Source: Antedon mediterranea (Eukaryota > Animalia > Echinodermata). From it: a stretch of DNA of 64,000 nt. Below, piece by piece: positions 1-13,200 of the stretch (position 1 is the stretch's first letter; each line of letters starts with the position of its first letter). The stretch lies in NCBI RefSeq assembly GCF_964355755.1, contig NC_092673.1, positions 5,208,001 to 5,272,000 of the forward strand. Reading direction: 5' to 3'. The position numbers were made by a program, and so were the translations under genes. The notes under the pieces were generated by a model. It was not told where the DNA came from and made no database searches. It worked only from the letters and a program-made list of their open reading frames with translations.

Positions 1-1070
1 GGACACATATTGAAATGAAAAGATTTTTTAATTTATATTATTTTGTTTTTATTTTTTCTTGTAAATTTCATTTCTATTGTACATCACGCCCTGAAAACTT
101 TTGCTTAAACAAACTTTATGTGACAAAACAAAAATGTAATGTGCCCATATGGACATACCATATTTGGGCATATCACTACCATATTTGGGCTCATCACATT
201 TTTTTGTAGACAAAGCTTTAAAATGAGGACATTTATAGTTTGGTCTTTTGCACATATACATTGGATTTGAACATACCACAAAAAGTGGTCTTATGGTAAA
301 GTTTCTGCAGAATTTGATTCTCAACTTGGTTGCGAATTTAATCACTTTACTGCAGACACTGTCACCATACAGCCAGGGATGTATCCAACATTTTAGATTT
401 GGGGGTGGGGAGGGGGACCTGTTTAGTCCCCATCTAAATCCACTCCTGACAGCCACACCCAAAAAAACATTAGCCTGAAAGACAGAAAAATATTCGTTTA
501 TACATACAAAAAAACAGTAGGGCCTAGTTAATTTATAATTTCCATGTATTTGTCATTTGTATCATGACTCTGTCACCTCTACTCTACTAGTAAGTGCCGT
601 GACTTTAAAAGATTATGTTCTTTAGCGTTTTATCCCTCGGTGTCCCCTGGTGTGGTACCTCTTTTTATCTGGGTCTCTGTCTATTTGCCAACTCATTCAT
701 GTTTTATATATAATTAATAAAATTGTAGCTATTTTTGCTTTCAGTCGGTTTTATTAGTTTTGTTGTACAGTAAATTAAATGTTTACTTTACAGTATTGAA
801 AATATTTACACAACTTTAAAGGAATAGTTTTGTATTATATGATTATAAGTATAATTGATTAATTAAATTTCTGAACTAAAACAACAAAAATAACTTGCTT
901 TGATAAAATCATAAGGTGGCATTCAAATATAGTTTACAGACTTCCCAGTGCAATCGCAATAAAAAATCTTTTTTTCTGTAAAAGGATTATTTTTAATCAT
1001 CTCATATTTGTCCTTATTTACCAAAATGTCACTTACACTTTAAAATTTACATTTTAAATTTTTCTTGCAG

Positions 1071-1215
1071 ATGGTCAAACAAAATAAATCGATCAAAAGA
1101 AAAAGTGCCGCAATTCTTGGAAATAAATGGAACTCCATAGAAATCAGTTTGGACGATGATGACGATGACCCTCAGGTCAATAGTTCGTTGGAATCGGAAC
1201 AACAGCGACTAAATG
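1071..1215 (+). CDS. SHTN1: shootin-like exon (MVKQNKSIKRKSAAIL...EISLDDDDDD)
   Basis: ttgcag acceptor, G|gtatgt donor. Resembles the end of vertebrate shootin coiled coil 1 plus the acidic patch, so probably an internal exon. Confidence 0.75.
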
Positions 1216-4200
1216 GTATGTAGGCCTACAGTCTAAAGCTCTCGATTCTACACTATTAAACTTTATGTGTGTGCCCATATATAGACAAGATGATGTCATA
1301 TCACTACCATATTTGGGCACATCATACTTTTTTTGTCAAACTAGTTTTATAGTGTAGACAGAGGTTTATATCAAATGGTATGGTCCAGGTCTGAGGTATT
1401 GTACCCGAGCTGACATGTCCATGCTCTTTGCATATCTTTATTGATTACTTACATCATCCACATTAGTGAAGGCCTGATTTAATTTTTTAAGAAGTAACAA
1501 ATAACATTCAAATTCGCATTATATTATGTCAACTCTATCCAGGGCGCGCATAATCATCTGCCTGCCGTCCTGGGGCCACGAAAACATCATGTCGGGCATG
1601 TAGAACTTCACTGGCAGTGGCCTGATGGGCAACCTCACAAATTTTTTTTTTTTATATATAATTCTGCAAGTTTATGCCGTCTATACTGAGGAAATTCTGC
1701 GGCCTGAGTTTAATGCGAGGTTGAGGTGGTACACTCTTACATAGCGTTTTCTTGTAACAGTACATACAAAATGGGCAGGGCTAATTATTCTAATGAGGAT
1801 CTGATAGAAAGCTGTTGCATGTGTCAAGATTACTAAATATAACCATGCATAACCTACAAGTTCCTAGGGGAATGCGGTAGATTAATTCACCGTGGGTATG
1901 AATAGGAAATAATCAAAGGCCTTGGAAATATGATAACGACCAAAATAATATTTTAAAATTAATATGTTGATTTGTATGTTATTTTATTATTTTGGTCAGC
2001 GTCTATCACATGGAGTACCGCCCAATATTTTAAAGATAAATTTTTTAAGCTGGAGGTTATTTTAAAAACTAAACTTGTGTTTGTCCTTGTATCGTGTACT
2101 ACTGTACTGTAGACAGAAGTAACGTTTTATATCATCATAGATGAAGTTTATATAACTATATATAGTAATACATTACTGTTACTGATGTTACTGATGTATA
2201 TTCAATTCACATTTATTCAATGTTATTGTATTCGAGCCATAGTCAGAATATGTGAACGTTTTTTAAATTGTGATTGGCATAAAATATTACAAATACTTCT
2301 TCAATTTCCTTTGCACAAAAAAGTACATTAGAGTTAAAGGTTTTCATAGAATTGTTCAGTTTAGACACACGATCAAGGAAATGGAATTAAACTGTCCTTG
2401 TAAAAGAACAGAAACATTACCAAAAAATATATATTATGTTCCTCAGTCAATATTCTAAAAATGTGCATGAAATATTAGTATATTTTTATATTTTACACTG
2501 TCTGCTGTAACATTATGGTTTTTATAGGTTTGATTTTAAACTAAACTTTTTATCAAAGCCTTATTTTGGAAAGACGAGTGCAGATAAATAATTATGCTTT
2601 CAGAAATTTACAATTTGAGTGGTTTAAATGCATTCCAATCCCAAAGTCCGGGGTTCAATCCTCACCTCGTGCTAGGCTAGGTTTGAGTTCAAATAACTTC
2701 ATTAAGACTTATTATTTTATAAGAACTCGTTTATACAATAGTTTATCCATTCTGTAATTGCCGAGTTACTGTACTTACTTTTGTGGGTGTATGTACATTT
2801 TAAATATGTGTACTGCATATCTCAATTTTCCTCCTGAGCGAAACTGCTCCTTTTTGCTATTCACCCCAGGCAATCAGTTTCACTCTCATCTCTTTCTAAT
2901 TGGTCCTTAACATTTTTTTCTTTTTTTATGAATTTCTTCATGAACCAAAAAAAAAACAAATCTAATATTACTGTTTTTTTTAAAAAAAAGAATTAAGGGA
3001 TGAACTGACTGCATTACGGAAAGATTTAGATGTTGCCAACAAAGACAATAATGAGTTGAACGAGGAAATGATCACATTGAAACATGAAGTAAGTATGGTT
3101 ATAACCAATACAAAGAACAAGTTTAAAGCTGTGTTTACACGCACTAGATTTATTACATTAAAACATGAAGTAAGTATGTTTATAAACAATACCAAGAACA
3201 AGTTTAGAGCTGTGTTTACACGCACTAGAGTTATTACATTAAAACATGAAGTATGGTTATAAACAATACAAAGAACAAGTTTAAAGCTGTGTTTACACGC
3301 ACTAGAGTTATTACATTAAAACATGAAGTATGGTTATAAACAATACATAGAACAAGTTTAAAGCTGTGTTTACACGCACTAGAGTTATTACATTAAAACA
3401 TGAAGTATGGTTATAAACAATACAAAGAACAAGTTTAAAGCTGTGTTTACACGCACTAGATTTATTACATTAAAACATGAAGTAAGTATGTTTATAAACA
3501 ATACATAGAATCAGTTTAAAGCTGTGTTTACACGCACTAGAGTTATTACATTAAAACATGAAGTAAGTATGTTTATAAACAATACATAGAACAAGTTTAA
3601 AGCTGTGTTTACACGCACTAGAGTTATTACATTAAAACATGAAGTATGGTTATAAACAATACAAAGAACAAGTTTAAAGCTGTGTTTACACGCACTAGAG
3701 TTATTACATTAAAACATGAAGTAAGTATGTTTATAAACAATACAAAGAACAAGTTTGGAGCTGTGTTTACACGCACTAGAGTTATTACATTAAAACATGA
3801 AGTAAGTATGTTTATAAACAATACAAAGAACAAGTTTGGAGCTGTGTTTACACGCACTAGAGTTATTACATTAAAACATGAAGTAAGTATGTTTATAAAC
3901 AATACATAGAACAAGTTTAAAGCTGTGTTTACACGCACTAGAGTTATTACATTAAAACATGAAGTAAGTATGTTTATAAACAATACATAGAACAAGTTTG
4001 GAGCTGTGTTTACACGCACTAGAGTTATTACATTAAAACATGAAGTAAGTATGGTTATAAACAATACAAAGAACAAGTTTGGAGCTGTGTTTACACGCAC
4101 TAGAGTTATTACATTAAAACATGAAGTAAGTATGTTTATAAACAATACATAGAACAAGTTTAAAGCTGTGTTTACACGCACTAGAGTTATTACATTAAAA

Positions 4201-7200
4201 CATGAAGTAAGTATGTTTATAAACAATACATAGAACAAGTTTAAAGCTGTGTTTACACGCACTAGAGTTATTACATTGAAACATGAAGTATGGTTATAAA
4301 CAATACAAAGAACAAGTTTAAAGCTGTGTTTACACGCACTAGATTTATTACATTAAAACATGAAGTAAGTATGTTTATAAACAATACATAGAACAAGTTT
4401 AAAGCTGTGTTCATACGCACTAGAGTTATTACATTGAAACATGAAGTATGGTTATAAACAATACATAGAACAAGTTTAAAGCTGTGTTCATACGCACTAG
4501 AGTTATTACATTGAAACATGAAGTAAGTATGGTTATAAACAATACATAGAACAAGTTTAAAGCTGTGTTCATACGCACTAGAGTTATTACATTGAAACAT
4601 GAAGTAAGTATGGTTATAAACAATACATAGAACAAGTTTAAAGCTGTGTTCATACGCACTAGAGTTATTACATTGAAACATGAAGTAAGTATGGTTATAA
4701 ACAATACATAGAACAAGTTTAAAGCTGTGTTCATACGCACTAGAGTTATTAAATTGAAACATGAAGTAAGTATGTTTATAAACAATACAAAGAACAAGTT
4801 TAAAGCTGTGTTCATACGCACTAGAGTTATTACATTAAAACATGAAGTATGGTTATAATATAAACAATATAAAAATAAGTCCTAGACTCGGGTACCCCGA
4901 GTAACAAGTTTAAAGCCATGTTCAGATACACTAGAGTTAAGTCCACCAACCCATTCATTTATGATTATGATTTTTAACATGTGTTTGTTTCTAAAGCTTA
5001 ACTTCTTCATATGGTAACCCTGATTTAACCTTTTGCTTTCATTAGTTTCATTATTATTCCTTCACTTTATTGTCCTATAGAATACAGACCACAGGAAGTT
5101 TGATTGTAAACTGCTTCTGGTTTGCTCTTTGGTATAACAGATTGGATTTAAAACCATTACCAAATTATTATTAAAAGGAAACAAACCAAACAGATAAATA
5201 ACCCTATACTCGCTGATGCATAATATAGACACTGGTACCTACCTTATGCATACCTCATGGGGTATTAAGTATTGTCTAAATCTAATTGTATAAAATAACA
5301 TCTAGCCAATATCACAAATTGACAGTGTCCCAATGTTTACAGTTTGATCTGATTTCCCAACTGCACAATGGTTCTCTGATAAAAGAACATATATTACATA
5401 ATATAGATAGAAGTCGTAATAAATGTGAGCATAGGCCCTGTTTCTGCTGCCAAGAAAATACCGTATTTTATACGGTATTTTTTGAATACCGTATAATACC
5501 ATATTTTTTTGGCAGCAGAAACTGAGCTCATAAAAAAATACCGTATTTTGTATACCGTATTTTCCCAACAAAATTTGTGGATAAAATATGGTATTTACAA
5601 ATTTATACCGTATTTTTTGTACCCTTTTCTGCTGCCATGAGGTCAACATCGTGTTTTTATTTTCTGTCGCTGTTAGCTGTTTTACACACGTGTATAGATA
5701 TTCGGCGAAAATGTGGAGCAAAGACGTCACAGTAATTACTATATAAATCTGTGTGGGGAAGGAGGGGGTGGGGAAGCTAAATAATGTCCGGCCAACTAAA
5801 AGGTAATAAAAGGGACAACCACATTTATAAAGACATTTCTAAAAAAATAAAGCAGCAGGAGTACGGAATAGACCAAAGCAAGTAAATTCAAAGCTAAAGA
5901 GCCTGCGTAGCAGTACAACATTGCAAAAGACAATAACTCGGGGAGGGAACGAATTACTTGTCCCCATTACGATGTTTTCTGTGCTCTCACAACATCTCTA
6001 TCACTAGGGCTAGGCTGTTGAAAGTGAGACGTAAAACTTCCTTTATTGCAACTTTTAATTATCGACCAAATAAATGAATGGCAATTTGGGTAAAATGGAT
6101 GAAATTTAACACGACCACCCAAGAAGTATTGTTAGCAGAAACGAGGTACTAAAAAAATACGGTATAAAAAATACTGTATTTTGAGCAGTTGCAGCAGAAA
6201 CAGGCCCATAGAGATATACTCTATGATGTGAGGCAATAAATATAGCTTAAACAACCTCTATACAAATTGTCCTAATTTCGGCTTTGGTAATGTAGGCTTA
6301 TAAATATATGGTTACCGTACCTAATACTCAGGCCTTGTCTTTTTAAAATTGTAGATACTCAGGCCTTGTCTTTTTAAAATTGTAGGTGTGCTACAAATTG
6401 CACTCCTCAATACATTCAGGGGTGCCGTAGGTGTGCCGTTTGTATTTTGGTGTGTAGAAGTTTACCAAATTTAAGTGGGTTGTAAATCACACTCCTCAAG
6501 GGCTATTTAGGAGTGTGTTAGGTGAGTGATCGCACTCATGAAAAGAAAAGGTCTGAATACTGTGTACTATTGGATGGTTTCATTGGTCCATTCCAATAAA
6601 ACATACATGTGTTGAAACTGAAAGTTATTATATTTCTCTTGTATCAACAAAGATCCACAATATAATTTTATTATCAAATATATTTATGTTTATAAAATAA
6701 TATGGTATTTCCAACACAGGTAATTTCCTTTTCAATTTAATAAATTTATCTGTTAGTATGCCTACTGACTCTGCTAAGAATAGATATATACCGTATCACC
6801 TCAAGTATAATCTCACTTTGAGTCTAATACAACCCCTACTTTATGTTTGATTTCACAAACAGACATATCCCGGGTGTAGTCCCAGTATTGTCTTTTGGTC
6901 TGAATACGGCCTCTCTGTAGCCAGTTCAGATGAGTTTTTGCAAGAAATGTTTACCAATCATTTTTTTTTTTACCCAGGGTTTCCCCCGGGTATAGTCCCA
7001 CCCAAAAAATCAGCCTAATTTCGTGTTCTAGGAGGTTAGAATTATAACAGAGGATATACGGTATATATTATGTAAAACTCCACCCAGTGATATACAAAAC
7101 AAAAAGTATCAAACATATGCAGACATCCTACCATTAGACCACTGGGCCTTTAATGGTATAGTTGAAATTCGATTAAATTAAGATACATTTTGGATAAACC

Positions 7201-10200
7201 TTTGAAATACTTATATGAATTTATATGACCATAAATTTATTTTTTATTTTGTATATATATATAATATAATATAATAACATAATAATAATATTTAATTTAA
7301 TGTTGAAAGCACCTTTTATTTACACATGTGAAAGTATAAATAAAATCCTTAATACCTTGATTCTCTGCCAAAATGTTTCAGAGGCCTAATACACAGTAAC
7401 TTCTGACCTGTGTGACTCATTAATTAATCAACAAAAATTAGTCAAGGCTGGATTGCATGTAAATGAAACTATTTGCCAATGATAGACCCACAGAAAAAAG
7501 ATTTTTTTTTTCTACCTTAGTTGTCGACATACATCTAAATTTAATGACACTTGGCAAAAGTTTGTTGGAACTCGGATAAAACAATAGTTAAATATTTTTG
7601 TATATAATCATGTGATGATATACAGAAGCATGTCTATTGCATTACACCATAATATAAAAATTTGTCTAAAAAGTAATTCAAAATTAACATATATTAGACG
7701 AGCAGGAAGTATTTGCTTAAATAAATTTTTGTTGTGTCACTAAATTTGAGTAATGGCACGAATACCGGATGAATAAAAGAAGAATTGCACATGAAGATTA
7801 TTGGAAACTGTGTCAGAGGTCTGATCATACCGATTCAGGGATAAGCCCACTCTGGGGTACAGTAAGCTTGACGTACTCCAAATGTTATGCCAAATTATGC
7901 AATCATATTTGGATTCAAGGGGCGCCCGAATATTGAATTCGCTACAGTGAAAGGTATAAGCCAACCTCATCAAAATGGAGGTAAAATATGAACAGGAAAA
8001 ACTGTACTGTAGGCCTACTACTTGAAACGTAGACAATGGAACAAAATAGTATGTGATGTTTTAGTTGCACTTTAAAAAAGAAACAAGAACATAATATTCA
8101 TAATAGGTAAAACAAAAAAAAGGTCATTTGCAACAGAGGTATTTCTTTTGTATTTTGATTTGGGAAAATGTTTATATTTTTTTTTTTTTTTTTATTTCAG
8201 CTTGAACAAGAACGCATATCAAATTCTGATTTGAAAGATGCACTAAAGCAGAGAGACCGCGCAATACAGCAATTTAGTAGAGGTAACCTCATTTGTCATT
8301 CATTAATACTGTACTGCGTTCACACAGCCTAAGTTGCTCATGAGCAAGAATCAGCTTGTCTTGAATATACTGTACTTGAACACATTTCTAACAGAGCTGT
8401 GTGCCATATACAGGTATCAATACCAACATTTTGCCAGCGCGAGAAAAGGGCTTTATAGTAGCACTAGTGGAGTTGTGGCTTGGTGGTTATAATGCTGGGC
8501 TACCAATCCAAGGGTCCTGGGTTCAAGTCCTGTCATGTCAGGATTTTTCTAATGACACATTACAACTCCATTTCTAAAGTCTTGTAATAAGACTTTGTTT
8601 ATGTAGAGCATCTTGTCTATTTGTTTGTCTTGTGAACAAGATTGCTACCTTTAAGAAGAATACTGAATGAATTAGCTTATGGTTATCCTTGGTAATTTTT
8701 CTAAATATATAAAAAACAAAAAACTTGAGAAATCAAACTTAATTCAAATTTAAGAATGCACTTACTATTGTGACACTGATAGTAACTAATGTCTAATAAA
8801 AACAATTACTATTTAAATTATCTGATTTTGTTTCAGTATCTACTCTGGTTGTTAACGAATTTGAAGAAATTAGTGAAAATTATGAGAAAGAGGCATTACT
8901 TCGCAAAAAAGCTGAGTCTTTTGCAGCTAAGGTAATTAAAACCTGGTAGATTATATACATTCTATACTCATAAAAACAATTTTGGTTTTAATATTTGGTG
9001 TAATCAGTATAGTACTTTCTTTTGCAGTTGTTTTCATTACAAAATTAGTAAATTATTTAACATAAATTTACCTTGAAACAATAAATAATAATTTACAATT
9101 ATTAAGTTAATCAATATGTACATCATGATTTGGAAATTGTGCAAATTAAATGCAATTAATTGTTTAATTTATTTATTCTTTATACTGAGTGACCTCTTCA
9201 TTACAAGACTATTTTTCCAGAGGGCCTAGTAGAAGATTATCATCTGGACATTGGGAGACAATCCCCTACTCTTGTTGAATTTTGCATAGTACCATGTTCT
9301 TTATCATGCGAATTACATGTATTCGAAGGACGAGGCGATGACAGTGCATTATCTTGCTTAAGGAGGTTCCATGTTCTTTATTATTTGCATTATATCCCAT
9401 CCGAAGGATGAGGCAATGACAGTGAAGTATCTTGCTTAAGGAAGATACAAGCATTGTGGTACAGACAGATCTTGAACACATGCCTTTCATATAATCGGAT
9501 ATTCCTTGGTAGATTCCTATATTGTTTAGCTAATATTAAATGATGGTTTAATATACAGTGAGGCTTTTTGTATTCCAGATGTACCAGGAAAAGAAAGTAG
9601 TAGCAGAGGTTGCTAGGCGGCAGAGTCAAATCCTTCTTGATCCACCAGATGACAAATTTACACAAGCCATGAAAGAAATTGAAGAACTCAATTCAATGCT
9701 GGAAAAGACCGAAACACAAGAAAAGGTAATGCAGTAATAATGCCGGTACCAATCTTTATTGTTTTAAAACCAACATGAAAATAAAAACATCTGTCATATT
9801 GACTCTGGTATAATCCCTTTCCTTACACAAGCCTGTTATTTTCTTGTTTGAGTGTATTGAAAATTCGAACCTTCAGGCAAACCAAAAATAAAGTTCTATT
9901 TTTAGAAAATAATCAATCAACTGATCTATTTATGTAGCACTGTTACTCACTATCAGTGATACAGCACATGTTAACAGTTATAATTATACATACTTACTTT
10001 TTAAATAGTGATATCAACACCTGTAATTTGTCAACACCTAAATATTGATGTATTAACACACCTGTTATTAGTTATTCACACCTGTATATCAATGTACAAA
10101 CTTTTAGTAGTGATACACCATCTGCTGATAGGATAGGAAATTGCATTAAAAAAAATAACATGTAAACTATGATATTGAAATTTAGATTCAACCTGTAAAT

Positions 10201-13200
10201 AGTGCTCAAGAACCTTCTGTAAATGACATTCCAACATCTGATAAAACTCCATCTGATGTTGCTATTGAATCAGATTCAGTAGTAGCAGATCCCAATGAAG
10301 ATGTCAGTAAAGATGATGCCATTAACCAACATACAGGTGATGTTAAGTTAAGTAAGACAGATGTATCAGCAGATGTCAGTGAGGTTTCTGCTGAAATGCC
10401 TTTGCAATCTGGCAGAAATGGTGAATCACTGATAATAACTGGAGGATCAGAAGTAACTGACAAAAAAGCTGAACCTGATGAGAAGCAATCTAGTAAACCT
10501 GAAGAACCTACATCTTCTAACAAACCAGAAATACCTGAAAGAACTGTATCAGCTGTCAAAGTTGAAGAAACTAACTCCTCTTGTAATAAAGAAATACTTG
10601 AAACAAATGAAGAAGAAAGCAAAGCTGAAGAATCTACAGAAATACATGAAGAAACTGTGTTAGCTGTCAAAGTTGAAGAGACTATGTCTGCTATCAAACC
10701 AGAAATACCTGAAAAAAATGTAGAAGTTGGTAAAGCTGAAGAACCTAAGTCTTCTAACAAACCAGTAATACCTGAAAGAACTGTATCGGCTGCTAAATAT
10801 GAAGAACCTAAGTCTTCAAACAAACAAACTGAAAAGAATGTAGAAGTTGGCAGTTCTGAAAAGCCAAAGCCTTCTAGCAAACCAGTAATACCTGAAAGAA
10901 CTGTATCGGCTGCCAAAGTTGAAGAACCTAAGTCAGCTAACAAACAAGAAACACCTGAAAACAATGAAGAAGTTGGCAAAGCTGAAGAGCCTAAGTCTTC
11001 TAACAAACCAGTAATACCTGAAAGAACTGTATCGGCTGCTAAATCTGAAGAACTTTCTAAAAAACCCAGTCAGGAAACATCTTCCAAACTCTCTGAGGTA
11101 ACTTTCAGAAAACTTTTTAAACAGTTTCCACGTTCCTGGGTAGTGACAAGACTATATACTTATTTATGAGATATTATACAGACTAATAGAGAAAAATGCT
11201 GCCTAGTAATCCCTAACAAGTATTATACCTTCATTGATTGATAGTTTAAAATGTTTTAAAATGCAGTCTGAAAACTGGATGTTAGTGTTTGACATCTGCT
11301 GTTGATAAATTAATTACCATTATGCACTTTTCTGATAATAGATACTTTTTATTATAAAGTACAACAGAAATCATGATTAATACTAATTATAATTCTCTAT
11401 GATAATTTATTTTTACAGAGCAATGACCAAATGATTAAGGTATTTAGAATATTTCTATCAAATATTTATGGTGTTAGTATTAATAGTGGTCAATAGTAAT
11501 ACCATATTCAGACACAATCAAATTGTAGAGAGTATGATTAAGTTTATGCCATATCACAATATCGGCTAACATTTCTGGATTCGCGTTTAAAAGAAAATGT
11601 TTGCGATCTGATTATAGGAGTAAAAAAGCACCGAACTGTACCGAGTAACAATTGCGATATTGATTATGCATTGCGAATTGGTGTGATTATGTAATGTTTG
11701 TCTGAATAGGATTTACTGTGGCTCCATATTAAGAAATAAAATATATTGTAAAACTGTATATTGTACACTAAATGTTTGCACTCGAAAGCCGCACACCTAA
11801 CTGGAAAATAGATTCACCCTATTTAATCAATGTGTATGTTAACATAATTATTTTGTTGGTATTAAATTTGAAATATATTTATATGTATATAAACACACAG
11901 GCACAGAACAATAATTCTAAACCACCCGGTGATATACTGAAATTTAATTAATTAAAACTGAAATGATAAGATGAGGGGAAATCTGTGAGAATGAGAAAAA
12001 GTTTGTGCACTCTTTGTGTTACCAATCAGTGTACCATGTCCCACACAACTGGCTTAACCTATATATTGTGCCAGTTCTGCAGTACATATCATTTCGAAAC
12101 CTGAGCTGCACTGACGAGATCTAATAAGATCGAAACAGTACTGTCTGCAGATTGGATATATATAAATAAAAAACCGAATTACTGAAAAAAATGACAATTC
12201 TGTCAGGGTATCAGTATATATATATTTTTCATTTTTAAATAATTAAATATTTGTTTTATTATTGCATTCAGAAAATTCTAACTATGATGGAAAGTATTAC
12301 TGATACTGAGGTGAATGAACTCTTGTATATACATGCACTATTGCAATAAAAATGAATTGAATCTTTCTTTTGCTGTATTAGAAAAGTACCACTTGTAGTA
12401 TCTTAGAGCTTAACCTTTGTCTACACTATTAAATTAACCAAATATGGTAGTGATATGACATCATTCTGTCCATAAATGGGCACATCGTATTTTTTTGTCA
12501 CATAACGTTTGATACGGTAGTGTAGACAGAACCTTAGAGTCGGAAACAATTCCTACATTCTATAGGTATTGATGGTGGGAGGGTGGTACTAGGCAGGGGT
12601 ATCTAGTCATACATTGTGACCAGGTTAAAGCTAAAGCAACAACAAAAACCTATGCTAAAGCTCTGTCTACACTATCAAACTAGTTGACGTTGACTAGGAC
12701 AAAAAAGTGTGATGTATCCAAATATAGTAGTAATATGACCAAATATGGTAATGATATGACATCATCATGTCCATATTTGGGCACATCACATTTTTTTTTC
12801 ACATAAAGTTTGATAGTGTAGACAGAGCTTTATTTAATATAGACTGCTAACACACAAGGGCAAATTATAGTTAAACTAATCATATATATTTGCAGTTCTT
12901 ATTTTTAACATTTATGTATATATTACTTAATAATTAATCATTTTTACAGGGAACATATTCTTTTTCTATTATATTTTAGCAATTTATTATTTATATTTAC
13001 AGCATATTTACTTTAGTATTTGTATCTATCTGTTGTGATCTGTTTCTATACAGTAGCGCCTCTCCTTGGAATACCCATTCAGAGGAGGACATATTGTTGT
13101 TTCTTTGTTTGTTTTATCTTTATACTGGGTGACCTCTTCAGTCAAAGACTGATCTCCCAGAGGGCCCAGTTGGTGATCAGTGGCTGTGATAAGTAACCCC

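Noticed and set aside
49-478. 137-aa and 76-aa ORFs at the window start
   Set aside because: They run across a MITE relic and a G-rich repeat fragment, with no protein-like features.
3627-4821. Repetitive ORFs on both strands and a CRISPR-like look
   Set aside because: Pure tandem units with no unique spacers, no cas genes, and eukaryotic context.
8469-8545. tRNA gene-like sequence (also 13310-13403 and 17468-17545)
   Set aside because: A and B boxes are present but the cloverleaf is broken and a repeated SINE body follows.
10206-11006. 266-aa minus-strand ORF
   Set aside because: Antisense shadow of the shootin repeat exon.
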